DNA of 64,000 nucleotides from Thermoanaerobaculia bacterium (GCA_945787575.1 CALZKB010000016.1:1189-65188), one strand, 5' to 3'. Positions 16,244-25,704 are shown, counted from the first letter of the stretch. A program made the numbers and translations. The notes: generated by a model not told the origin, from the sequence alone.

Positions 16244-18685
16244 TCAAGAGCCCGCGGGCAGCTCCAGGGTGAGCGTCTCGGGCTTGAGGCACTGCCGGTC
16301 GTTGCACGCCTGAACGGTCAGGTCGAGGCGGATGGCGAGGAGCTCCTCGGGCGATTCGACATCGGCCTCGATCGTGGTGGTTCCCTGGAAGACGGATAGC
16401 GGGTCAGCCTGGAATCCGAGGGTTACCCACTCGGCGTCGGGGTAGCGGACGTCGATGAGCGTGAGCCCCTCGCGGTCGGTGCCCAGGCGGGTCGCGATCA
16501 GGTGCTCCCCGGCGGGCTGGTCCGAGTTGACGTGCCAGCCGTCCGCGATGTCGAGGCGGACGGTGAGGCGGCGGGACGGCGAGGCCCCATCGGCATTCTG
16601 GGAGACCTGGGCGCGCACGACCCCGTCGGCGCCGTAGTCGGTCGGGCCGGCGCCGCCGTGGAGCAGCTCGGTGACGCCGAGTAGCATGTAGGCGAAGGCC
16701 GTGGGCTGCCGACGGATCTGGCTCGAAAACGCTGCGATCGTGCCCTCGGCCCGTCGCCGATAGTCCGAGCGTCCGGTGCGGACGGCGAGCATGGCGAGCG
16801 AGCGCACCGCCACCGAGTTGCCGGAGGGAATGGCGCCGTCATGAGCGCTCTTGGGCCGCACCGGAAGCCGCCCGCCGTGATCGTCGCGGCTCAGGTAGAA
16901 GCCGCCCGCGGCCTCGTCCCAGAAGTCGCGGATCATGACGTCCGCGACCTCGCAGGCGCGTTCCAGAAAGCCGGGCTGTCGGGTCAGGTCATAGAGGGTG
17001 ACGAGCGCCTCGACGAGATAGGCGTAGTCGTTCTGGCTCGCTTCGACCGAGGAGGCTCCGTCGAGGTGGGCTCGCCACAGGCCGCCGTCCTCGCGGCGAT
17101 TCCTCGCCCAGAGAGAGTCGGCTGCAGCCACCGCGGCGTCGCGGTACCGCTCTTCCTCGAGAACGACTCCGGCCTGGGCCAGGGTGGTGATCATCATCGC
17201 GTTCCAGGCGGTGACGATCTTGTCGTCGCGCAGCGGATGAGCTCGGCCTTCGCGGGCCTCGTGGAGGCTCGCGCGGATGCCGTCGATTCGGGGGAGGAGG
17301 TCGGACAGGGGAATGCCGGCGCCGGCGGCGACGGCGGCGAGCGGCTCCGGCAGGGTGAGGATGCTCGCACCCTCGAAGTTCCCGTCTTCGGTGATCCCGA
17401 AAACCCGCATCGCGAGCTCGGCGTCGGCGGCTGGGAGCGCCGCCCGAATCTGCTTTGGGGTCCAGAGGAAGAAGACCCCCTCGGCCCCCTCGCTGTCCGC
17501 GTCGGTCGCCGAGTAGAACGCTCCGTCCGGCGAGGTCATGTCGCGCAGTACGTAGTCGAGAGTCTGCCGAGCGACCCGCTCGAAGAACGGATTGCCGGTC
17601 AGCCACGCGGCCGCCAGGTAGGCGCGGCCGAGGTGCGCCTGGTTGTAGAGCATCTTTTCGAAATGAGGAACCAGCCAACGAGCGTCGGTCGAGTAGCGAT
17701 GGAAGCCGCCGCCGACCTGATCGTAGATGCCGCCGCGGGCCATCCGATCGAGCGAGAGTCGAACCGCGGCGAGCGCCCGGCGGTCGTCGGTCCGCAGCGC
17801 CCGATCCAACAGAAACAGGAGCTCGGGCTCGTGGGGGAACTTGGGCGCTGGCGAGAAGCCGCCGAGCCGGTCATCGTGACGGGAGAGACTCTCCTCCACG
17901 GCCTGGCTGAGCAGTCGGTCGCCGACCTCGGCGACCTCCCCGGAAGTCGTGGTGACGAGCGCCACCCGCTCCGCGAGGGTCTCGGCTTGTCTGATCAGTT
18001 GGGGCTGTTGGTCCCGCCACAGTTGGGTTATGCGTCGCAGAAGCCGTCCGAACTGCTCGCGAGGATAGTAGGTGCCGCCGAAGAACGGTTTGCCGCCGCT
18101 GGTGAGGAAACTCGACATCGGCCAGCCGCCGCGGCCGGTGATGAGCTGGACCGCGGTCATATAGACGACGTCGACGTCGGGGCGCTGCTCGCGGTCGACC
18201 TTGATGGCCACGAAACCCTCGTTCAGCAGCCGCGCGGTCTCCTCGTCGTCGAAGCTCTCCTCTTCCATCACGTGGCACCAGTGGCAGGTGGAGTAGCCGA
18301 TCGAGAGGAAGATCGGCTTGCCCTCCCGGCGCGCGGCAGCGAACGCCTCCGCACCCCACGGATACCAGTTGACCGGGTTGTGAGCGTGCTGCTGGAGGTA
18401 GGGAGAGTCTTCGAGGATCAACCGGTTGACGTAGAGCGGAGCTCCGTCGGCCCGCAGGTGCTCGGTTCGTGGCCGGTAGCCGGGACCCTTGGCCTCGTAG
18501 CTCGCCCAGAGGCGGGCTGCCAGCTCCTCGGGCAACGGCGCGCTGCCCGGCGGCGCCAGCGGTGCTTCGTCGGCGGCCGCAGGCCGCGGGACGCCGCCGC
18601 CAGCGAGCAACACGGCGGAGAGGAGGGCGGCCGCGACCCATGTGCGCGAAGCAACCGCAGTGCGAAGTCTCTCCCGACCGGCCAC
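16244..18685 (-). CDS. Secreted thioredoxin-domain protein of the YyaL/DUF255 family fused to a DsbD-N-like C-terminal domain
   Basis: Signal peptide ([15 protein letters not shown]); [13 protein letters not shown] redox motif; long alpha/alpha-barrel-like region. An extra ~130-aa C-terminus contains [11 protein letters not shown] ... [14 protein letters not shown]. Confidence 0.85.
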   Translation of the reverse strand: MAGRERLRTAVASRTWVAAALLSAVLLAGGGVPRPAAADEAPLAPPGSAPLPEELAARLWASYEAKGPGYRPRTEHLRADGAPLYVNRLILEDSPYLQQHAHNPVNWYPWGAEAFAAARREGKPIFLSIGYSTCHWCHVMEEESFDDEETARLLNEGFVAIKVDREQRPDVDVVYMTAVQLITGRGGWPMSSFLTSGGKPFFGGTYYPREQFGRLLRRITQLWRDQQPQLIRQAETLAERVALVTTTSGEVAEVGDRLLSQAVEESLSRHDDRLGGFSPAPKFPHEPELLFLLDRALRTDDRRALAAVRLSLDRMARGGIYDQVGGGFHRYSTDARWLVPHFEKMLYNQAHLGRAYLAAAWLTGNPFFERVARQTLDYVLRDMTSPDGAFYSATDADSEGAEGVFFLWTPKQIRAALPAADAELAMRVFGITEDGNFEGASILTLPEPLAAVAAGAGIPLSDLLPRIDGIRASLHEAREGRAHPLRDDKIVTAWNAMMITTLAQAGVVLEEERYRDAAVAAADSLWARNRREDGGLWRAHLDGASSVEASQNDYAYLVEALVTLYDLTRQPGFLERACEVADVMIRDFWDEAAGGFYLSRDDHGGRLPVRPKSAHDGAIPSGNSVAVRSLAMLAVRTGRSDYRRRAEGTIAAFSSQIRRQPTAFAYMLLGVTELLHGGAGPTDYGADGVVRAQVSQNADGASPSRRLTVRLDIADGWHVNSDQPAGEHLIATRLGTDREGLTLIDVRYPDAEWVTLGFQADPLSVFQGTTTIEADVESPEELLAIRLDLTVQACNDRQCLKPETLTLELPAGS

Positions 18686-18795
18686 GACGGGAGCCTATCT
18701 CACGAACGCAGGGCGTCCACGCTCGCCGGCCACGGGCGTCGTGCGAGTCGGAGATTCGCGGACAGCGACGAGAATGAGTGGTAGAAGTCAATAAA

Positions 18796-18840
18796 ACTTG
18801 ACATTTTGTCGACGTTCTTGTACATTCCCGAATGTCAAGT
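18796..18840 (+). promoter_or_regulatory. Promoter plus 10-bp inverted repeat (candidate operator of the downstream XRE regulator)
   Basis: ACTTGACATT (18796-18805) and AATGTCAAGT (18831-18840) are perfect inverted repeats. TTGACA (18798-18803), 17 nt, then TACATT (18821-18826). This is the most AT-rich patch in the neighbourhood. Confidence 0.5.
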
Positions 18841-18870
18841 AAAATTGACTAACTGGAAAGGAAATACGAC

Positions 18871-19308
18871 ATGAGCAAACAGTCGACGCGCAAGACACCA
18901 CTTTGGGAGCGGTGTGGCGATACCACGCCGCGGGACTGGCTCAACAGCAAGCGGATGTTGTGGAGTCTGCTCGCCTGGGCGGTTTCGTTCGCGGGCCTCT
19001 CGCAGCTGATCAAGCGCGATCTCCTGCCCGCGGGTCCGATTCCCTGGCTCTTGACGGCGGTGCCGGTGATCGCCGGGGTCCTCGTGATTCTCGCCTACGG
19101 CCGCTACCTCAGCGAGGCCGACGAGCTCCAGCGGACGATCCACCTCCAGGCTCTCGCGCTCGGCTTCGGCGGCGCCTTCTTCGCCGCCTCGGGATACGAG
19201 CTGCTCGAGCGGCTCGGGGCGCCGAAGCTCGACTTCAGCGATCTGACTCTGGTGATGGTCTTCTTCTACGGGCTCGGGTTCTTCCTCGGCCGAAGGCGCT
19301 ACCGGTGA
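18871..19308 (+). CDS. Integral membrane protein (4 predicted TM), hypothetical
   Basis: 145 aa with four hydrophobic segments. GTGA overlap with the XRE regulator gene. Confidence 0.6.
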   Translation: MSKQSTRKTPLWERCGDTTPRDWLNSKRMLWSLLAWAVSFAGLSQLIKRDLLPAGPIPWLLTAVPVIAGVLVILAYGRYLSEADELQRTIHLQALALGFGGAFFAASGYELLERLGAPKLDFSDLTLVMVFFYGLGFFLGRRRYR

Positions 19309-19505
19309 AGAACAGGCTGAAAGTGCTGCGCGCCGAGCGCGACTGGACGCAGGCACGGCTGGCGAGCGAGCTCGAAGTGTCGCGGCAGACCGTCAACGCC
19401 ATCGAGACCGGCAAGTTCGATCCCAGCCTCCCCCTCGCTTTCAGAATCGCCAGACTGTTCGGGCAGGCGATCGAGGAGATCTTCACCGACGGTGAGGAAG
19501 CCTAG
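19305..19505 (+). CDS. Small XRE/Cro-type helix-turn-helix transcriptional regulator
   Basis: VKNRLKVLRAERDWTQARLASELEVSRQTVNAIETGKFDPSLPLAFRIARLF. GTG 19305 overlaps the upstream stop. The longer track ORF (from 18903) is the same frame read through the membrane-protein gene. Confidence 0.85.
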   Translation: MKNRLKVLRAERDWTQARLASELEVSRQTVNAIETGKFDPSLPLAFRIARLFGQAIEEIFTDGEEA

Positions 19506-19647
19506 ACTCCGGTCCCGTTCGAGTCAGGGGGTTCCCGGCGCCTCGAGCGGAAGGCGGTCTGTGACCACCGCCGGCGCCCTAGCGGCGCGATAAGCTCCAG
19601 TTGCACGCCCAGCCCAGACTCGACTCAACCACGAGGAACTGAAACTC

Positions 19648-20121
19648 ATGAAAGCGATCGAACGGACTCGGAACTCTTGGATGCGAGTGGTGGTTTGCAT
19701 GTCGCTGACCGCTATCTCGACCTCGGTGCCGGCGTGGCCCCACTGCCAGGTGCCGTGCGGCATCTACGACGACATGGCAAGGGTGACGGCCCTTGGGGAG
19801 GACGCGACGACGATCGCGAAGGCGGTGACCGAGATCGCGGGACTCGCCGGCAAGAGCGAGGTTCAGTCACTGAACCAGATCACTCGATGGGTGATGACCA
19901 AAGAGCAGCACGCCTCCCACATCATCGATGTCGTGAGCAACTACTTCCTCGCCCAGCGGGTGAAGCCGGGTGAGGACCGCGCGGCCTATCTCGAGTCGCT
20001 GGCCGACCATCACGCGGTGATCACCGCGGCGATGAAGGCCAAGCAGCGGGCCGACACCGCGTCGGTCGACGCGTTGAACGCGGCGCTCGAGAAGATGGCG
20101 ACGCACTACCACTCGCACTAG
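19648..20121 (+). CDS. sodN: Nickel-containing superoxide dismutase precursor
   Basis: Ni-hook motif HCQVPCGIYD starts at His32 (codon 19741-19743). The downstream region has the four-helix-bundle-like pattern (KEQHASHIIDVVSNYF) seen in NiSOD. 31-aa leader. Confidence 0.85.
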   Translation: MKAIERTRNSWMRVVVCMSLTAISTSVPAWPHCQVPCGIYDDMARVTALGEDATTIAKAVTEIAGLAGKSEVQSLNQITRWVMTKEQHASHIIDVVSNYFLAQRVKPGEDRAAYLESLADHHAVITAAMKAKQRADTASVDALNAALEKMATHYHSH

Positions 20122-20159
20122 CCGCGGCCCCTTTCGGGGGAGGCGCAGGCGCGGGTGGC

Positions 20160-21386
20160 TCAGGCGCCAGCCGTCCGCTCGCGGATCGCGTAGCGAAGCC
20201 ACCGGACGTCGAACGGTCCGAGGGTGAGCGGGTGGCGCTCGCTCGCTCGCAGGCCGAGGTGGCGGGTGAGCTCCGGCGCGCCCGAGAGTACCCAGGCCGA
20301 GGCTCCGGCGCACTTGCGCAAGCAGCCGCCGAGGTCGCGCCAGGTCTTGACGAGTTCCTCGCCTTCCCCGAGGCGCCCGCCCCACGGCGGATTGGTGACG
20401 ACGAGGCCGGGCTGGAACGGCGGGTCGAAGGTCGCGACGTCGGCGACCCCGAACTGCACGAAGCGCGAGAGACCGGCGTTGCGAGCCGCCTCGCGGGCGA
20501 TGCCGATCGCGCCCGGATGGTGGTCGCTGCCGAGGAGCCGGACCTCCCCGGTGGCGCTGCGCAATCGATCGGCCGCCTCCTCGCGCAGGGCTGCCCAGAC
20601 CACCGGGTCGGCGTCGGGAAAACGCTCCCCGGCGAACGAACGACTGCTGCCCGAAGCCCGATCGGCAAGCAGCGCCGCCGCTTCCAGCACGAAAGTCCCC
20701 GAACCGCACATCGGATCCAGGAGCGGGCTTCGACCCTCCCAGCCGGTCATCAGCAACAGGCCGGCCGCCGTCGCTTCGGGTAGCGGACTCTTGACCTGGA
20801 CGGGTCGGTATCCGCGCCGGTGGAGGCTGTCGCCGGCGAGGTCCCTGAACAGATGCGCGTCGTCGCCGCGCCCTACCAGGCGGATGGGGACGTCCGGCGC
20901 CCGACGATCGACGTCGGGACGGATGCCGCACTTGTCCCGGATCCGATCGGCCACGGCGTCCTTGACCCGGAGTGCCGCGAAGTTGCGGTTCTTGAATGGG
21001 GCGTTCGAGACCGTGGCGTGGACCGCGAACGTATGGCGAGGGCCGACGAGATCCTCCCAGCGAGCGGTGGAGGCGAGCTCGTAGAGCTGGTCGAAATCGA
21101 GCGCCCTTCCGGTCGCAATCGGCTCGAGCACCCGAACGGCGCTGCGGAGCCAGAAGACCGCCCGGCAAGCGAGGTGGCGGTCGGCGGTGAAGAGGGCACC
21201 TCCGGGGACCGGCGTGACACGGGTCGAGCCGAGATCGCGGAGCTCGTCGGCCAGCACCTGCTCGAGCCCGCGGGCGCACTGCGCAAGGTGACGCAGTCGC
21301 GACGGCGATCGGCGTCTCCGTTTGGGTCGGCGATGAGGATCGCCGGAGCTCCTTCGACGAGGGAAGCGTCGATCCTTGCCGGGCAT
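20160..21386 (-). CDS. THUMP-domain class I SAM-dependent RNA methyltransferase (RlmL/K-like N-terminal module type)
   Basis: AQCARGLEQVLADEL (N-terminal ferredoxin-like/THUMP region), SAM motif DPMCGSGTF and catalytic VVTNPPWG. The basic 30-aa N-terminal extension makes the exact start uncertain. Confidence 0.85.
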   Translation of the reverse strand: MPGKDRRFPRRRSSGDPHRRPKRRRRSPSRLRHLAQCARGLEQVLADELRDLGSTRVTPVPGGALFTADRHLACRAVFWLRSAVRVLEPIATGRALDFDQLYELASTARWEDLVGPRHTFAVHATVSNAPFKNRNFAALRVKDAVADRIRDKCGIRPDVDRRAPDVPIRLVGRGDDAHLFRDLAGDSLHRRGYRPVQVKSPLPEATAAGLLLMTGWEGRSPLLDPMCGSGTFVLEAAALLADRASGSSRSFAGERFPDADPVVWAALREEAADRLRSATGEVRLLGSDHHPGAIGIAREAARNAGLSRFVQFGVADVATFDPPFQPGLVVTNPPWGGRLGEGEELVKTWRDLGGCLRKCAGASAWVLSGAPELTRHLGLRASERHPLTLGPFDVRWLRYAIRERTAGA

Positions 21387-21519
21387 CGATTCACCCTATC
21401 GCGAGGCGACACTCGGCGCTGACGCTCTCGGCCGCCACCGGCTCGAGTCGACGGCGCGCCGGAATGCCGCAGACGGCGAATCGGTTGGCTCGATCGTGCG
21501 TGACCGGAAGACCGAGGGT

Positions 21520-23238
21520 ATGATTCGCGCCGTGAAACTGGCGCTCCCTCTCCTCGGGCTGGCTTTGGTCGCCGCGGCTTGCGCCCCGATGACGCCGCCT
21601 CAGTCCTCGTCGTCGCAGGTCACGATCACCTACGAGCCGATCGAGCAGACGCCGGAGGCGCTCGCGCCTGCGGTCGAGCCGGCGGAGACGCTTCCGGCGC
21701 CCGACCCGGAGACCGCCGCGGCCTCGGCCGAGGAGCGCCTCGGCCTCTCGCTCGAGGCCTACGAGTCCGCGGACAGCTTCTGGATGGAGGGGAGCTTCGA
21801 AGACGCGTTCGACGCTCTCGACCGCTCGTACGACCTGATGTCCGAGGTCGATTCCGCCGGCGACGACCTGCTGGCCCAGCAGAAGCAAGACCTCCGGCGC
21901 CTGATCTCCCGAAAGATCGTCGAGATCTACGCCTCGCAGCGAACCGTAGTCGGAGACTTCGAAGGCTCGATCCCGCTCGACGTTAACGACTACGTCCAGC
22001 GGGAGATCCGAAGCTTCCAGGGACCCGAGCGCGCCGACTTTCTCGCCGGCTACCGTCGCTCCGGGCTCTACCGGGAGAAGATCGTCGAGCGCTTGCGCGA
22101 GGCGGGGATGCCGGAAGAGCTCGCCTGGCTGCCGATGGTCGAGAGCTGGTTCAAGGTCCGGGCGATGTCGCGCGCTCGCGCGCTCGGCATGTGGCAGTTC
22201 ATCCCCTCGACCGGCTACCGCTACGGGCTCAAACGGACGTCGTGGACCGACGAGCGGATGGACCCCGACAAGGCGACCCGCGCCGCTCTCGCCTATCTGG
22301 GAGAGCTCCACGAACTGTTCGGCGACTGGCTCACGGCGATCGCCGGCTACAACTGCGGCGAGGCGCGGGTGCAGCGGCTGTTGCGTGAGCAGAGCGAGGG
22401 CTACTTCGATCAGTTTTGGGATCTGTATGAGCGCCTTCCCCGCGAAACCCGCCGCTACGTGCCGAGGTTCTTGGCGACGGTGCTCATCGTGCAGAATCCC
22501 GCCAGGTTCGGCTTTTCGGATCTCCCCGAGCCGCTCCCGCCGATCGAGACCGAACAGATCGAGACGACGCGCTCGATTCGCCTCGCGGACCTCGACAAAC
22601 AGCTGAATCTGCCCGAGGGCTCGCTCGCCGGCCTCAATCCGGAGCTGCGCAACAAGGCGACTCCCGATGGTTACTACCGGCTGTCGGTGCCGACCGAGCG
22701 CGCTCAGATCGCGCTGGCGGCGCTCGTCGGCGTGCCGAGAACGGAGGTGCCATCGGCGTCGCCGGCGACCGTTCATCTCGTGCGCCGGGGCGAGACGCTG
22801 TCGACGATCGCCCAGCGCTACGGCACGTCGGTGAGCTCGGTGATGCGCCTCAACAACATCCGCAACGCAGACCGCATCTCGCCGGGCCAGCGGCTCCGAG
22901 TCGACGGCAGGGCTCCGGCGGCGAGCTCCGCGTCGCCCACTCAGACGACCTACACCGTACGTCGGGGCGACAGCCTCTGGATCATCGCCCGCCGCTTCGG
23001 TACGAAGGTGGACCGAATCCAGCGCGAGAACGGACTGCGGGGAACGAATCTCAGACCGGGCCAGCTATTGACCATCGCCGCCGGTTCGACCGGCCGGACC
23101 CACGTCGTGCGCCGAGGAGACACCCTCGGTCGCATCGCCTCCAGCAATCGGGTGTCGGTGCGCCGGCTGGCGGAAGCGAACGGATTGACCTTGCGCAGCA
23201 CGATCTACCCGGGGACCCGCCTCCGCATCCCGAACTAG
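21520..23238 (+). CDS. Lytic transglycosylase lipoprotein with three LysM domains (MltD-like)
   Basis: Lipobox LALVAAAC; SLT core MVESWFKVRAMSRARALGMWQFIPSTG; three LysM repeats (VRRGETLSTIAQRYG, VRRGDSLWIIARRFG, VRRGDTLGRIASSN). Start placed at ATG 21520. Confidence 0.88.
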   Translation: MIRAVKLALPLLGLALVAAACAPMTPPQSSSSQVTITYEPIEQTPEALAPAVEPAETLPAPDPETAAASAEERLGLSLEAYESADSFWMEGSFEDAFDALDRSYDLMSEVDSAGDDLLAQQKQDLRRLISRKIVEIYASQRTVVGDFEGSIPLDVNDYVQREIRSFQGPERADFLAGYRRSGLYREKIVERLREAGMPEELAWLPMVESWFKVRAMSRARALGMWQFIPSTGYRYGLKRTSWTDERMDPDKATRAALAYLGELHELFGDWLTAIAGYNCGEARVQRLLREQSEGYFDQFWDLYERLPRETRRYVPRFLATVLIVQNPARFGFSDLPEPLPPIETEQIETTRSIRLADLDKQLNLPEGSLAGLNPELRNKATPDGYYRLSVPTERAQIALAALVGVPRTEVPSASPATVHLVRRGETLSTIAQRYGTSVSSVMRLNNIRNADRISPGQRLRVDGRAPAASSASPTQTTYTVRRGDSLWIIARRFGTKVDRIQRENGLRGTNLRPGQLLTIAAGSTGRTHVVRRGDTLGRIASSNRVSVRRLAEANGLTLRSTIYPGTRLRIPN

Positions 23239-23308
23239 GCCGGCGCCCGACACGCGGGACGACTGCTAGACTCGCGGCTCGACCAACCGTAACCATAAGG
23301 AGTCGATC

Positions 23309-23854
23309 ATGAAGTCTCTTCGCTTGGCCTTCTTGTTGCTGGCGGTGTTGGCGACCGCCCAGGTGTTACCGGTGACCGCCGGCGAGCTCACCGCGGAGGA
23401 CGTCTTCGGCAAGCTCAAGGCGATGGAAGGCAGCTGGCGAGCCGAGGCGGCCGAGGCGCTCGAGGGCGAGGCGGGGGGCGAAGAGCCGACGGAGCCGGGA
23501 ACTCATGACTTCCGTGCCTCGGCCAACGGTACGGTGGTGATGGAGGTGATGAGCCCCGGTACCCCGCACGAGATGATCAACATGTACCACATGGACGGCG
23601 AAGACCTCGTCCTGACGCACTATTGCGCGGGGGGCAATCAGCCGATCATGCGTCTCGATCGAAAAGGGCTTGCCGACGGTCGGATCGAGTTCGACTTCGT
23701 CGGCGGAACCAACCTCGACCCGGCCGTGGACATGCACATCCACTCGACTACTTTCGAATTCGGGGAGGACGGCTCGATGGCGTCGACCTGGGTCGGCTGG
23801 GCGGGCGGCGAGCCGTCCGGCGTCATGCAGATTCAGCTGAGCAGGGTCGAGTAG
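23309..23854 (+). CDS. Secreted hypothetical protein
   Basis: Clear signal peptide MKSLRLAFLLLAVLATAQV and codon usage consistent with the neighbours. I cannot assign a family to the LTHYCAGGNQPIMRL motif. Confidence 0.5.
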   Translation: MKSLRLAFLLLAVLATAQVLPVTAGELTAEDVFGKLKAMEGSWRAEAAEALEGEAGGEEPTEPGTHDFRASANGTVVMEVMSPGTPHEMINMYHMDGEDLVLTHYCAGGNQPIMRLDRKGLADGRIEFDFVGGTNLDPAVDMHIHSTTFEFGEDGSMASTWVGWAGGEPSGVMQIQLSRVE

Positions 23855-23866
23855 CGCCGGCAGGTC

Positions 23867-24379
23867 ATGGAGCTCGCACCGCTGATCGGTCGATTGCGGG
23901 CCGGTGGTCAAGCGTTGCTCGGGAGCTTGGCGGGCGCCACCCCTGAACAGGCGGGCTGGAAGCCGTCCGCGAACGAGTGGTCGCTCATCGAGGTCGCCGC
24001 GCACCTGGTCGACGAAGAGCGTGAAGATTTCCGGGTACGGCTGCGGCTCGTGCTCGAGAACGAGGAGAGGAGCTGGCCGTCGATCGATCCCCAGGGGTGG
24101 GTGACGGCGCGCGACTACGCGTCACGAGACCTCGGGGCGACGGTACGCGAGCTGGCGGCCGAGCGCAGCCGGTCGGTCGCCTGGCTCGAGACCCTCGATT
24201 CTCCCGACTGGGAACGCACCTACGAGCATCCCCTGCTCGGTCCGCTGCGCGCCGGCGACCTTCTCGTATCCTGGGTCACCCACGATGCCCTGCACTTGCG
24301 ACAGCTGGCCCGCTTGCACTACCGCTGGGTGGTCCGCCTCGGCTCGCCCTACGAGCCGGACTACGCCGGCCCCTGGTAG
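23867..24379 (+). CDS. DinB-family (DinB_2-like) protein
   Basis: 170 aa with spaced His residues in a four-helix-bundle pattern (EVAAHLVDEE ... THDALHLRQL). Confidence 0.65.
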   Translation: MELAPLIGRLRAGGQALLGSLAGATPEQAGWKPSANEWSLIEVAAHLVDEEREDFRVRLRLVLENEERSWPSIDPQGWVTARDYASRDLGATVRELAAERSRSVAWLETLDSPDWERTYEHPLLGPLRAGDLLVSWVTHDALHLRQLARLHYRWVVRLGSPYEPDYAGPW

Positions 24380-24427
24380 AGCGGGTCCGCGATCTGCTCT
24401 CGGGTGTTGTGGATCGGGAGTCCCGGA

Positions 24428-25633
24428 TCAACGCGGAAGGGGAATCCAGCGGCAGCGCTCACCGGCTCGTGTGGCGGGAACTCCGGCTGAGGCGCGGACC
24501 AATCCGTCGGCGCCAGCGAACGCGACCATGTCGTGCGAGCCGGCAACCGACAAGGGGAGAATCTGAGCTTCGCCATCGGCGAAGCGGACGCGCGCCGGTA
24601 GAAAACGGTCGAGGCCGCCCCCTTCGGGTAGCGCAGCCTCGAGCACCCCGCTGCGCGCGCCGCTCCAGAAGCCGTCGTCGAAGCCCTGCAGCCGGCGCAG
24701 CGCCGGGCGAACGAACAGGGTGTAGGTCGCCATCACCGAGTTGGGGTTGCCCGGTAACCCGAAGACGATCCCCCGGGGGTGACGCGCGGCGAGCAACGGC
24801 TTGCCGGGCTGAATCGCGACGCCGTGCCAGAGGGTCTCGCAGCCGCACTCTTCGAGGGTCTGCCCGACCCAGTCGAAGGCGCCCTTCGAGACGCCGCCAC
24901 CGATGAGCAAGACGTCCGCCTCGAGGCCGAGGCGGAGCCTGTCGGCAAGCCGCTCCGGCTCGTCCGAGGCGATTCCCAGCGACTCGAACTCGAGACCGAG
25001 CTCTCGCCCGGCGGCGAGCAGGAAGTCGGTGTGAGAATCGCGCAGCTGTCCCGGTCGGGGTCGTGATTCCGGGGCTACGACCTCGTCGCCGGTGGTGACG
25101 ACAGCGACGGTGGGTGGGCGGTGGACGGCCACCTCTGAAAAACCGTGGGTGGCGAGATTGGCGAGCACCGCCGCCGAGATCTCGGTGCCGGAGGCGAGGA
25201 GGGGGTCGCCGGCGCGCAACACCTCACCGCGTCGCCGGATGTGGGAGCCGCTCGTGGTGTCGACCTCGACGACCACCGTCTCGAGGCCTCCGTCGGTCTG
25301 CTCGATGGGGATGACTCGGTCGACCTCGTCGGGGACCGGGGCGCCGGTCATGATCCGGGCGGCGCTGCCCGGTGCGAGGCGTTGACCCGGAGGATCGCCA
25401 GCCGCCACGGTCGCGGACACGGGGAGTACGGATATCCGAGAAGTGGGTCCGACCGCGTACCCGTCCATTGCGGAGACGTTCTCCGCCGGGACGTCGACCG
25501 TCGCCAGGAGATCCTCGGCGAGCACCCGGCGCCAGGCATCCCGGCGGCGGACCCGGTCGACCGCGAGCGGCTCGAGATGCTCGACGAGCTGCCGCCAGGC
25601 TCGCTCGGGAGACAGGAGGGGAGTTGTCGTCAT
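24428..25633 (-). CDS. moeA: Molybdopterin molybdenumtransferase
   Basis: 401 aa from ATG 25633 (MTTTPLLSPERAW...). MoeA-typical ENVSAMDGYAV, RIMTGAPVP, IRRRGE, VLLIGGGVSKGAFD and GLPGNPNS. Confidence 0.9.
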   Translation of the reverse strand: MTTTPLLSPERAWRQLVEHLEPLAVDRVRRRDAWRRVLAEDLLATVDVPAENVSAMDGYAVGPTSRISVLPVSATVAAGDPPGQRLAPGSAARIMTGAPVPDEVDRVIPIEQTDGGLETVVVEVDTTSGSHIRRRGEVLRAGDPLLASGTEISAAVLANLATHGFSEVAVHRPPTVAVVTTGDEVVAPESRPRPGQLRDSHTDFLLAAGRELGLEFESLGIASDEPERLADRLRLGLEADVLLIGGGVSKGAFDWVGQTLEECGCETLWHGVAIQPGKPLLAARHPRGIVFGLPGNPNSVMATYTLFVRPALRRLQGFDDGFWSGARSGVLEAALPEGGGLDRFLPARVRFADGEAQILPLSVAGSHDMVAFAGADGLVRASAGVPATRAGERCRWIPLPR

Positions 25634-25673
25634 GGTTTGGGCCTCCGGCTGTTCGAGGCAATCTCCAGAGCTG

Positions 25674-25704
25674 TTGACAGAGTTGACATTAATTGTGCTA
25701 CAAT
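25674..25704 (+). promoter_or_regulatory. Sigma70-like promoter candidate with duplicated -35 hexamer
   Basis: GTTGACAGAGTTGACA (TTGACA at 25674-25679 and 25683-25688), followed by TGCTACAAT (an extended -10-like element; TACAAT at 25699-25704). Lies in the moeA / DUF4388 divergent intergenic region. Confidence 0.4.

Noticed and set aside
16841-18784. 647-aa plus-strand ORF.
   Set aside because: It is antisense to the YyaL-type gene, which has the CHWC motif and a signal peptide. The ORF itself has no motifs.
20122-20159. Short CCCC-TTTC-GGGG hairpin between the convergent sodN and methyltransferase genes.
   Set aside because: The stem is only 4-5 bp with no U-tract, which is too weak to call a terminator.
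19867-21279. 470-aa minus-strand ORF overlapping the end of sodN and the methyltransferase gene.
   Set aside because: It is an alternate frame of the THUMP methyltransferase (20160..21386). It is extremely Arg/Pro-rich, and it would also run antisense through sodN.
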